IMG/VR virus record: IMGVR_UViG_3300044724_007127
Coordinates: 1-28,870 of that record
Direction: 5' to 3' (one strand)
DNA: 28,870 nucleotides
Origin: a virus
Taxonomy: Duplodnaviria; Caudoviricetes
In this document: in pieces, positions 1 through 7,842 of the stretch
How positions within the stretch are numbered: the first letter of the stretch is position 1
Layout: each line of letters begins with the position of its first letter
Made by a program: the position numbers and the translations under genes
Notes under the pieces: generated by a model
The model's database searches: none
Told to the model about the DNA's origin: nothing
Seen by the model: the letters and a program-made list of their open reading frames with translations, nothing else

Positions 1-216
1 CATCCTAAGAAAAGCCATATTGTTGTGGTAAAAGATGGTGATAAGGTTAAGACTATTCGTTTTGGTGAGCAAGGTGCATCAACAGCTGGTGATCCTAAAA
101 AAGGTGAATCAGATAAAATGAAAGCTAAAAGAAAATCGTTTAAAGCTCGTCACGCTAAGAACATAGCTAAGGGTAAAACTTCAGCAGCCTATTGGGCAGA
201 CAAGGTGAAATGGTAA
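1..216 (+). CDS. Basic conserved phage protein, 5'-partial (DUF6321-like)
   Basis: Frame 1 is open from base 1 (HPKKSHIVVVKDGDKVKTIRFGEQG...RKSFKARH...SAAYWADKVKW) to TAA at 214-216. The pattern resembles a domain recurrent in T4-like aquatic phages. Confidence 0.7.
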   Translation, partial: HPKKSHIVVVKDGDKVKTIRFGEQGASTAGDPKKGESDKMKAKRKSFKARHAKNIAKGKTSAAYWADKVKW

Positions 217-509
217 TGGCTAGACAACCGTCAACAACAAACGATAGACTTCAGAGGATCGAAGATAAGGTAGATAAGCTTGCAGAGGCAATGATCTCTG
301 TGGCTCGTGCTGAAGAAAAAATAGGCACACTTATGAACGATCACGAAAAGATGCATGAACGATTAAACCGTTTCAGTGCTAAGTTAGATGATGTACAAAG
401 GACCGTGGATGAAAATGCACGCACGGTATCAATTATAAATAAATTATTCTGGGCCGTAATAACAGCAATCGCAATTGGCTTGGCCAGTCAATTCATGTTA
501 GGAGCATAA
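216..509 (+). CDS. Coiled-coil protein with C-terminal transmembrane helix (XhlA/holin-like)
   Basis: ATG at 216 overlaps the upstream TAA (TAATG). Heptad-rich N-terminus (RLQRIEDKVDKL) and hydrophobic C-terminus LFWAVITAIAIGLASQFML. Confidence 0.6.
   Translation: MARQPSTTNDRLQRIEDKVDKLAEAMISVARAEEKIGTLMNDHEKMHERLNRFSAKLDDVQRTVDENARTVSIINKLFWAVITAIAIGLASQFMLGA
434..441 (+). promoter_or_regulatory. T4-type late promoter box TATAAATA upstream of ORF 512
   Basis: Exact TATAAATA 70 nt upstream of the ATG at 512, inside the preceding gene. Confidence 0.5.
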
Positions 510-511
510 CA

Positions 512-1372
512 ATGAGAACCGAAGATATTAAAAAAATGGGCCAAGCGTATTTGCAGGTCCTAGAGAAAGCACAAAAAGAAGCAATGGATCCAGTTGATCC
601 AAAAGAGCTTAAAGGTAAGCATAAAGATCGTAAAGACAAAGACATCGACAATGACGGTGATGTAGATTCAACTGACAAATATCTACATAAGCGTCGTAAG
701 GCTGTCAGCAAAGCTATTAAGAAAGATGCCGAAGCTGATAACGATACTGAGGTACAAACTCAGGAGAACGCAAAAGAGGCATACGAAAAAGATCCTAAGG
801 CTCGTAAGGCTAAAAAAGAAGAAGATGACATTGAAGACGATGACGATGAAGACGATGACGATGATGAAGAAGAAAACGGTAAAAAGAAAAAGAAAGAGCC
901 TGTAGACGAAATTTCTAAAGGTTTAGCCGGTCGTTATATTAAGAAAGCAAATATCAATACAGCAGATGCTGCTGATCAAAATGCTTCAAAGGGTAGAGCT
1001 GATAAATCTAGTATTGGTAAGGTTCTGAAAAGAATTAAAGGCGTATCTACAGCTGCAGATAAACTCACAGGTAAAGCTAAAGTTCCTGCAAAAGAATCCG
1101 TTGAGATTGATGAAGCTGCTACTGCTCAAACGAAGCCAGATGAAAAAACCCGTGATACATATGAGAAGCAACTTTCTACTCGCAAGGGTGAGAAGGATTT
1201 TGTTGACCAACATAAGTCCGAGGTTCCTGCTACTGCAGATGAGCCAAAGATTGATGCAATAAACTTCAAAACTTTCAAGGATATGACTAAGAAGAGTCCT
1301 GCGCGTTCTGCAGATCAAACTAAAGGTGATACCAATATCATCCCAAGCGCGACACCAGTAAAAGGACAATAA
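512..1372 (+). CDS. Highly charged putative internal head/virion protein
   Basis: 286 aa with SD AGGAG. Contains an EF-hand-like loop (DIDNDGDVDSTD), an Asp/Glu tract followed by a Lys run, and several (I/L/V)-X-E motifs (VLE, VDE, IDE) like T4 gp21 cleavage sites. Confidence 0.6.
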   Translation: MRTEDIKKMGQAYLQVLEKAQKEAMDPVDPKELKGKHKDRKDKDIDNDGDVDSTDKYLHKRRKAVSKAIKKDAEADNDTEVQTQENAKEAYEKDPKARKAKKEEDDIEDDDDEDDDDDEEENGKKKKKEPVDEISKGLAGRYIKKANINTADAADQNASKGRADKSSIGKVLKRIKGVSTAADKLTGKAKVPAKESVEIDEAATAQTKPDEKTRDTYEKQLSTRKGEKDFVDQHKSEVPATADEPKIDAINFKTFKDMTKKSPARSADQTKGDTNIIPSATPVKGQ

Positions 1373-1376
1373 GATA

Positions 1377-1706
1377 ATGAAATCTTTTTTTGAACTTAGG
1401 GAAGCTCTTTCTCATATCAATGAAGCAGTTGAGCTTGGTGAAGGAACTTGGGCTCTTCCAAAATCACCAAAGGCACAACAGGCTTTAAAGACACTTATGT
1501 CTAAACCAATCAAATTTGGTAAAGATGGAAAAGAAGCTCAGCAAAAATTTTGGAATATTCTTGGTGATGATGATTTGATGGACAAGATTTATGCTGCTGG
1601 TAAAAAAGATCCAAATGGTGATGCTCGTCCAGTTATACAGAAATGGATGGACAAAGAATTAATAGATGGATGGAAACAATATCACCCAAAACATTTTAAA
1701 AAATAA
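1377..1706 (+). CDS. Small protein with T4 capsid-targeting-sequence-like N-terminus (putative internal protein)
   Basis: N-terminus MKSFFELRE-ALSHINE-AVELGE resembles the T4 internal-protein targeting sequence MKTYQEFIAE. Confidence 0.55.
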   Translation: MKSFFELREALSHINEAVELGEGTWALPKSPKAQQALKTLMSKPIKFGKDGKEAQQKFWNILGDDDLMDKIYAAGKKDPNGDARPVIQKWMDKELIDGWKQYHPKHFKK

Positions 1707-1732
1707 TTAATGAACTGAAAGGATGATTTATT

Positions 1733-2020
1733 ATGGCTTTGAAACCACCAGCATTTAAAAAAAACGCAGTGCCATCTCCTCGGGGGTGGCACGACCCGCG
1801 AACGTTTGAGCTTCTTGTAGCAAAGAAGCTTAAGCAAGAAGATATCGATGAGTACAACGGTGTTGGAAATTTAAAATCTTTAGTAGGAGCTCCAGCAGTT
1901 CTTCCACTAGAGAAGATGAGTCGAGATGAACTTATTAAACTAGCAGATGAACACGGTATTGATTATCTGCCAAGAACGCGTAATGCAACTTTGATAAGTA
2001 GATTACAAAAGGTTATGTAA
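1733..2020 (+). CDS. Hypothetical protein with C-terminal HeH/Rho-N-like motif
   Basis: SD AAGGA. C-terminus LEKMSRDELIKLADEHGIDY...ATLISRL is typical of small helix-extension-helix motifs. Confidence 0.55.
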   Translation: MALKPPAFKKNAVPSPRGWHDPRTFELLVAKKLKQEDIDEYNGVGNLKSLVGAPAVLPLEKMSRDELIKLADEHGIDYLPRTRNATLISRLQKVM

Positions 2021-2037
2021 TATAAAGGTTCTATAGT

Positions 2038-2412
2038 ATGGTCTCGGATGACGATGATGAATTTCTTGAAGAAGATTTAGTTAAATTTGCTATTAAACGA
2101 TACTATAACCCAAAGGGTATAGATATAGACGAATTTTATGACGATCTGAAAAGAGTTAAATACGTTAAGAGATTACTGAATCGTTATCTAGACCATGGTA
2201 GGCTTACTGAACGATTGATTCTGAATCATTTGATAGTTATATTCAATGTGTTTGGTTATTACGGAGGTCTTAAGATTCTCCAGGTGAAGTTAGAGGATAA
2301 GCATTGGCCAGTACTTAAGCCGTTCTTGATTTATCTAAAAGCAATTCGTAATGATCAATTCACAGGTATAGAAATGGACCAAACGGTCGTAGAAAGGTTA
2401 AGAGAGATATAG
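2038..2412 (+). CDS. Conserved T4-like phage protein of unknown function
   Basis: YYNP..D.DEFYDDLKRVKYVKRLLNRY...ERLILNHLIVIFNVFG pattern, recognised as common in T4-like phages. Confidence 0.7.
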   Translation: MVSDDDDEFLEEDLVKFAIKRYYNPKGIDIDEFYDDLKRVKYVKRLLNRYLDHGRLTERLILNHLIVIFNVFGYYGGLKILQVKLEDKHWPVLKPFLIYLKAIRNDQFTGIEMDQTVVERLREI

Positions 2413-3012
2413 ATGGGATTACTTAAATCGGCAGGTGATTTTGTTTACACCATCAGATTTCTCACACTTCTCGTGACTCCATTCGAGAAATCTGCTGCAT
2501 ATAAAGCAGGCATCATCGATGAAAAAGGAAATAAAAATAAAAATTATGATATGAATACAGTGGCTAATAGAGAAGCCTATCGTGATTCATATACATCTTT
2601 TCATAGACTAGTATTTAATATCAAAAAACTTATGGCAAAAGTACCAGGTGGCAGTTCACGTATTGCTAGCTATGCCGCTGCATTATATCTGATCAAAGAA
2701 AAATATGATATATCAGATAAAAAGATTGAAAAAGCTTTAAGAGAGTGCGGCATTGATACGCTTGACTTTATGGCAGAAAATACACAATGGTTTGTTTTAG
2801 AAGATGGTAGACTTTCACCAGGCGTATATAAAGTAACTAATGATAAAGTTCTAAATGATACGTTTGAAGAGGTAGTACAAGAGAATCATAAAATTCGTAT
2901 ACTTGATGACTGCTATCCAGTTGGTGATATGTTCGGATTAAATGTTTATGAGGCTATTCATATAAATACAAATAAGAAGATATACGTAACAGCATCGGAA
3001 CTTATGCGATGA
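2413..3012 (+). CDS. Conserved T4-like phage protein (probably virion-associated)
   Basis: DFVYTIRFLTLLVTPFEK..AYKAGIIDEKG and YTSFHRLVFNIKKL motifs; ATG abuts the upstream stop. Confidence 0.7.
   Translation: MGLLKSAGDFVYTIRFLTLLVTPFEKSAAYKAGIIDEKGNKNKNYDMNTVANREAYRDSYTSFHRLVFNIKKLMAKVPGGSSRIASYAAALYLIKEKYDISDKKIEKALRECGIDTLDFMAENTQWFVLEDGRLSPGVYKVTNDKVLNDTFEEVVQENHKIRILDDCYPVGDMFGLNVYEAIHINTNKKIYVTASELMR
2961..2968 (+). promoter_or_regulatory. T4-type late promoter box TATAAATA
   Basis: Exact box 40 nt upstream of the ATG at 3009. Confidence 0.45.
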
Positions 3013-3197
3013 AAGAAGAAATGACCACTACGGCTTCTGCTGGCATTCCACAGGATACTAAGAATATGGGTCCTAGGTTTAGAGCAACTGATGTTACAGA
3101 TAGAAGATATAGTAAGAAAAAGGCTCCTGTTTTATTAAGAAGATTTCGTGAATATCTTAGGAATGATAATGATAAGGGCAAAACAAAAGCGAAATAA
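3009..3197 (+). CDS. Small basic hypothetical protein
   Basis: 62 aa; ATGA overlap with the upstream stop suggests translational coupling. Confidence 0.6.
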   Translation: MKEEMTTTASAGIPQDTKNMGPRFRATDVTDRRYSKKKAPVLLRRFREYLRNDNDKGKTKAK

Positions 3198-4038
3198 GGA
3201 TTGGGAAAAAGGGACAGAGTATATCTACGTTAACGGATGTAGTAATACCGAAGGTACAGACCTAGCTCTCCCGAATGATTATGACGCCTATCCATTTATA
3301 TTAGCAGATCTTCTTGGTTCAAATGTAATTTCATCAGCATCATGCGGATCATCTAATCATAGAATTTGTAGATCTACTATAGATTTTTTATGCGACATCG
3401 ACGTATTGCCTGAAATTGTTGTTATACAATGGACAGGTACCGATAGATTCGAAACTCCCTATAATTTTGATATGATCGAGAATGATAATAGTTACGAGGG
3501 ATGGAAACAGCACCTCCCATATAGCTCGGTCCAAACAAATAGAAATTTCTTAAACATTCACTATAGAGGATTCTATAGGTCAAACTTCTATTCTACTAAA
3601 GACCAAATGAAAAAAAACTGGGAGGGAATGGATCCTGAGATAGAGACCAAAAGAGAAACTGCTTGGGCAACCCAGATGTTATCTTTAGATGCTTATATAA
3701 AATCTTTAGGTATAAAAAAAGTAATTCATTTCCCATTCACCAAAGTATGGACATACGATACAAATCCTGTCTTACAAGCTGCATTCGATACGATAGATTG
3801 TCCAATGGAACAAAAAGATACTGGAATGCGTTGGCCTCTCAGAGATCATGGATATAAACCCTGCGGAGATATTATACCTGGTTTAAATGAGCGTGATGGT
3901 CATTATATGGCAGATGCCCATTATCAAATAGCCCTTTGGTTATATGATTATCTAAAATACGGAACAACTATAAAAATTAAAACAGCTGATGAATACCTTG
4001 ATGATAGAGAGATGAATCATTATAAGTTAGGGAGATAG
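3169..4038 (+). CDS. SGNH/GDSL hydrolase-like protein, paralog 1
   Basis: Block I IYVNGCSNTEG, block II ASCGSSN, block III VVIQWTGTDRFE, block V DGHY...AH. Start moved to ATG 3169 (AGGA at 3159-3162; MIRAK aligns with the paralog's MIKAK). Confidence 0.65.
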   Translation: MIRAKQKRNKDWEKGTEYIYVNGCSNTEGTDLALPNDYDAYPFILADLLGSNVISSASCGSSNHRICRSTIDFLCDIDVLPEIVVIQWTGTDRFETPYNFDMIENDNSYEGWKQHLPYSSVQTNRNFLNIHYRGFYRSNFYSTKDQMKKNWEGMDPEIETKRETAWATQMLSLDAYIKSLGIKKVIHFPFTKVWTYDTNPVLQAAFDTIDCPMEQKDTGMRWPLRDHGYKPCGDIIPGLNERDGHYMADAHYQIALWLYDYLKYGTTIKIKTADEYLDDREMNHYKLGR

Positions 4039-4040
4039 GC

Positions 4041-4970
4041 GTGATAAAGGCTAAAAGGGTATTATCCAAAGACTGGGATAATTCTGCTGGTTACATATAT
4101 GTAAATGGTTGTAGTCATACGGCTGGCACGTGGTTGGCTCTTCCTAACATGTATGATTCATATGCGTTTGGTCTGGGTGAGCTTTTAGGATTAAATATTG
4201 TGTCGTCAGCTTCAGCATCCTCATCAAATCAAAGAATTTATCGGTCTACTATAGATTTTTTCTCTGATGCTAAAGTAATGCCAGAAATAGCAGTTATCCA
4301 ATGGACTGGTATAGACAGATTTGAAACCCCAAATAATTTAGAAGCATTACAATCATCATTTCATATGAGTACAAAATTTAATTATGTTGATGATCATCAT
4401 GAAGGATGGTATCAACATCTTCCTGCCTCAGTATTTGATAAGCGTAGAACTAAGTTAAACATACCTTTTCGCAAATTTTATCGGGAAGCTATTTATCCAG
4501 ATTACTTTCAACTTGGCAGAGATATATCAAATACGAGAGATAAATTGGAAGCAGCAAATGCTGCACAAATTTTAGGATTAGATGCTTATTTAAAAAGTTT
4601 AGGCGTTAGAGTAATACACCTGATTTGGGAGGGATTTAGTAGGAATGAAATAAATTCTACCCTTCAAGCTATGTTAGATACTGTAGAAATCCCTATGGAT
4701 GATCCATATGAAGCATTAGCTAGCGTAATTCATACTCATGGATATCAAGTTTGTAAAGAAGTTTCAGAAAGAAATCAACTTCCAGATAACCACTATATGG
4801 CAGATGCCCATCACCAAATCGCTACTTGGTTATATGCTTATATACAATATGGAACAAAAATAGAATTATCAAAAGAATATATTGATGAAAGAGATCCTAT
4901 TGGCAAATTGGGTAGCTTAAGATCTTTAGATACGGAAGATAGAATAACTCATTACGATCTCGGTAAATGA
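4041..4970 (+). CDS. SGNH/GDSL hydrolase-like protein, paralog 2
   Basis: GTG start with GGAG upstream. Motifs IYVNGCSHTAG, SSSNQRIYRSTIDF, VIQWTGIDRFETP and DNHYMADAH are colinear with the preceding ORF. Confidence 0.65.
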   Translation: MIKAKRVLSKDWDNSAGYIYVNGCSHTAGTWLALPNMYDSYAFGLGELLGLNIVSSASASSSNQRIYRSTIDFFSDAKVMPEIAVIQWTGIDRFETPNNLEALQSSFHMSTKFNYVDDHHEGWYQHLPASVFDKRRTKLNIPFRKFYREAIYPDYFQLGRDISNTRDKLEAANAAQILGLDAYLKSLGVRVIHLIWEGFSRNEINSTLQAMLDTVEIPMDDPYEALASVIHTHGYQVCKEVSERNQLPDNHYMADAHHQIATWLYAYIQYGTKIELSKEYIDERDPIGKLGSLRSLDTEDRITHYDLGK

Positions 4971-4976
4971 TAAATA
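4969..4976 (+). promoter_or_regulatory. Late promoter-like box (G)ATAAATA upstream of the spanins
   Basis: 7/8 match to TATAAATA, 20 nt upstream of the spanin ATG at 4997. Confidence 0.4.
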
Positions 4977-4996
4977 GGCGAGAAGAGGAGAATCGT

Positions 4997-5488
4997 ATGA
5001 TTAAAATCTATCTATTCCTCGTAGTCCTAGGATTACTCGGTGGCGTTGGATATGGTGGCTATGCTTACTATCAAGACACCCAAGAGAGGCTGCAGCAATA
5101 TGCAGAGAATCAAGCTAGGCTTGAGGAAGCAGTAAAAACAAGCGAAGCTACCATCGAAAAGATGGCTGGCGATTTTAAAAGGCAAATGGAATTAAATAGC
5201 CAATTGCAATCTAATCTACAAAAAGCAACAGCACAACAGGATAAGTTAAGGCGGACACTTACGAAACATAATCTGACGAAGATGGCGCTAACAGATCCTG
5301 AAGACCTAGAGCGAAGGATGAACAATGCAACTGAAAAAGTCTGGGCTCGTATTGAGTCTATTACTGGTAACTCTAACCGTAGCAGCGTGCTCGAGCAGAA
5401 AGCCAGTGGAGAAAATAGTAACAAAGACGGAGTATCAGGAAAAGATGATCGAGCAAGCAGCTCCGATCAAACCAATAAGCCTGAATGA
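4997..5488 (+). CDS. Inner-membrane spanin (Rz-like, i-spanin)
   Basis: SD GAGGAG and ATG at 4997. N-terminal TM helix IYLFLVVLGLLGGVGYGGYAYY followed by a long coiled coil; 3' end overlaps a lipoprotein gene. Confidence 0.75.
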   Translation: MIKIYLFLVVLGLLGGVGYGGYAYYQDTQERLQQYAENQARLEEAVKTSEATIEKMAGDFKRQMELNSQLQSNLQKATAQQDKLRRTLTKHNLTKMALTDPEDLERRMNNATEKVWARIESITGNSNRSSVLEQKASGENSNKDGVSGKDDRASSSDQTNKPE

Positions 5489-5708
5489 CGTTCAAGTCTA
5501 TGTTGTAAGTGAAAAAAATCTAGATCAATTCTTAGCTAAAATGGTTGAGCAAGATGGTCAACTTGCAATTATAGCATTGACTGTGCGTGGATATGAAAAT
5601 CTGTCTTTAAATGTATCAGAACTTGAAAGGTATATCCGCCAACAAAAAGAAGTTATTGTGTATTATGAAGAAGCTATAAAACCTAATGACACAGCCCCTA
5701 CAAAATAG
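5325..5708 (+). CDS. Outer-membrane lipoprotein spanin (Rz1-like, o-spanin)
   Basis: Signal peptide MQLKKSGLVLSLLLVTLTVAA-C with lipobox Cys; starts in another frame inside the i-spanin gene (164 nt overlap); SD AAGGA. Confidence 0.75.
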   Translation: MQLKKSGLVLSLLLVTLTVAACSSRKPVEKIVTKTEYQEKMIEQAAPIKPISLNDVQVYVVSEKNLDQFLAKMVEQDGQLAIIALTVRGYENLSLNVSELERYIRQQKEVIVYYEEAIKPNDTAPTK

Positions 5709-5709
5709 G

Positions 5710-5739
5710 GTTTACAAATTCTTATACACCATATATAAT
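5710..5739 (+). promoter_or_regulatory. Sigma70/T4-early-type promoter for nrdA
   Basis: GTTTACA (TTTACA 5711-5716), 17-nt spacer, TATAAT 5734-5739. Confidence 0.75.
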
Positions 5740-5782
5740 ACACTAATCAAAAAAAGTTATCTAATGTAGAGAGGCGGACGAG

Positions 5783-7771
5783 TTGCATATACAAGTTGAT
5801 CCTAGGCGTGATAGCCTATTGAAAGAATACGCTGTTGGGATGTTAAAAGACTTCTATATGAGAGACAATGAAAAATCTCCGCAAGAAGCATTTGGACGAG
5901 CATCAGAAGCTTGGTCTACGTTCAAAGGAGAATTAGATGTTGAGCTCGCTGGACGTCTTTACGATTATGTTAGTAATAAGTGGTTTATGTTTGCTTCGCC
6001 AGTCTTATCGAACGCTCCGAATGGAGTGGCCAATGACAAAGGGCTTCCGATCTCGTGTTTTCTGACCTATGTTCCAGATACGCTAGAAGGATTGATTAGT
6101 CATAGCAGTGAGCTACGATGGCTTAGTGTTCTCGGCGGGGGTGTTGGCGGACATTGGTCTTCTGTTAGATCTGTGTCTGATAAAGCTCCAGGCCCTATCC
6201 CTTTCCTCCATACAGTAGATGCAGATATGATTGCTTACCGTCAAGGTAAGACTCGTAAAGGCTCATATGCTGCCTATATGGATATCAGCCATCCTGACAT
6301 CGTAGAGTTTATGAACATTCGTATTCCTACAGGTGATGTCCAGAGGAAAGCTCTTAATCTCCATAATGCAATCAATATTAGTGATGAATTTATGGAATGT
6401 GTTAAGAGTGACAGTGATTTCAATCTTAGAGATCCTGCTTCTGGTGAAGTAGTCGACACTGTTCGAGCAAGAAAAGTTTGGGAACGTATATTAGAAGTTC
6501 GTTTCCGTACTGGTGAGCCATACTTGAACTTTATCGACACGGCAAATAAACATTTACCACAACCACTCAAAGACTTAGGTCTCAAAATACATGGCTCAAA
6601 TTTATGTAATGAAATTCACCTACCAACTAGTGATGACCGTACAGCGGTCTGTTGTTTATCGTCTCTGAATCTAGAATATTATGACGAATGGAAAAATACA
6701 ACCATCGTCGAAGATCTTATTACTATGCTGGATAATGTGTTGGAGTATTTTATCGAAAACGCACCAGACTCAATAGCAAGAGCAAGATATTCTGCAGAAA
6801 GAGAACGATCTATTGGTTTAGGTGCGATGGGCTTCCATTCACTACTACAACGACATGGTGTAGCATGGGAGTCTGAACAAGCAAGGGAAATGAATAATGT
6901 CGTGTTTTCAACCATCAAATCAAGGGCCTTGGCCCAGACTCAAGAGCTTGCAAGACTACGTGGAGCTTATCTTGACGGCCCAGACTCTGGTGTTCGTAAT
7001 GCCCATCTTCTTGCTATTGCACCTAATGCGAGCTCTGGCGTGGTTCTTTCTACCTCGCCCAGTATCGAACCGAGCAAGGCAAATGCATATACCCACAGAA
7101 CGAGAGCAGGATCTTTCTTAGTTAAGAATAGGTATCTTGAAGAGTTGCTTGAGTTTAAGGGAGAAAATAATGAATCGAATTGGACGTCTATTATTACAAA
7201 CAAAGGTTCCGTACAACACTTACCGTTCCTCACAGAAGGTGAGAAGGCCGTATTCAAAACGGCTGATGAGCTTGACCAACATTGGGTTATTAAACACGCA
7301 GCAGATAGACAGCAATATATCTGTCAAGGACAGTCTGTTAATGTCTTCTTCCCGTCTGGTGCCAAGAAATCCTACGTCAATTCCGTCCACCTCATGGCTT
7401 ATACCTCTGGGCTTAAGGGATTATACTACCTTAGAACAGAAGCTAAATCCAGGGCTGAGAATGTATCCGAAAAGGTGGAGCGCGTCGCACTTCAGGACGA
7501 TACTCGAACGCTCATATATGGGAAGGACGATTGCCCATATTGTGCTAGGGCTAAAGAAGAACTTTCCCTCCGTGGAATACCTTTTGACTACATCAACCTT
7601 ACGGAGTTGGGAAAAACTGCCGCGGAAGTCACGGGGCGTAAGGAAGCTAAAACCGTCCCACAGATATACATAGAAGGTAAATACGTCGGTGGCTATGATC
7701 AGCTCATGGCCTATTTAAATCAACCAATTACATTGGAGGAAGGGGATGAGTGCCTTGCCTGCGAAGGTTAA
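5783..7771 (+). CDS. nrdA: Ribonucleotide reductase class Ia alpha subunit with fused glutaredoxin domain
   Basis: TTG start after GAGAGG. Motifs PISCF, GSNLCNEI, AIAPNASS and KGLYYLR; Grx domain (CPYC...TVPQIYIEGKYVGGYDQL); terminal CLACEG. No N-terminal ATP cone. Confidence 0.95.
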   Translation: MHIQVDPRRDSLLKEYAVGMLKDFYMRDNEKSPQEAFGRASEAWSTFKGELDVELAGRLYDYVSNKWFMFASPVLSNAPNGVANDKGLPISCFLTYVPDTLEGLISHSSELRWLSVLGGGVGGHWSSVRSVSDKAPGPIPFLHTVDADMIAYRQGKTRKGSYAAYMDISHPDIVEFMNIRIPTGDVQRKALNLHNAINISDEFMECVKSDSDFNLRDPASGEVVDTVRARKVWERILEVRFRTGEPYLNFIDTANKHLPQPLKDLGLKIHGSNLCNEIHLPTSDDRTAVCCLSSLNLEYYDEWKNTTIVEDLITMLDNVLEYFIENAPDSIARARYSAERERSIGLGAMGFHSLLQRHGVAWESEQAREMNNVVFSTIKSRALAQTQELARLRGAYLDGPDSGVRNAHLLAIAPNASSGVVLSTSPSIEPSKANAYTHRTRAGSFLVKNRYLEELLEFKGENNESNWTSIITNKGSVQHLPFLTEGEKAVFKTADELDQHWVIKHAADRQQYICQGQSVNVFFPSGAKKSYVNSVHLMAYTSGLKGLYYLRTEAKSRAENVSEKVERVALQDDTRTLIYGKDDCPYCARAKEELSLRGIPFDYINLTELGKTAAEVTGRKEAKTVPQIYIEGKYVGGYDQLMAYLNQPITLEEGDECLACEG

Positions 7772-7842
7772 TTCAGACTGGTCAGACGATAGAGCCGAAT
7801 GCGATTTCGGCTGGCATCAACAAAAAACTAAAGAGGAAAAGA

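Noticed and set aside
7137-7673. 178-aa alternative-frame ORF inside nrdA
   Set aside because: No SD and no recognisable motifs; explained as a shadow of the nrdA codon pattern.
7750-7842. N-terminal extension of NrdB in the ORF track
   Set aside because: ATG 7843 has a good SD and matches the usual NrdB start; the extension crosses a hairpin-containing spacer.
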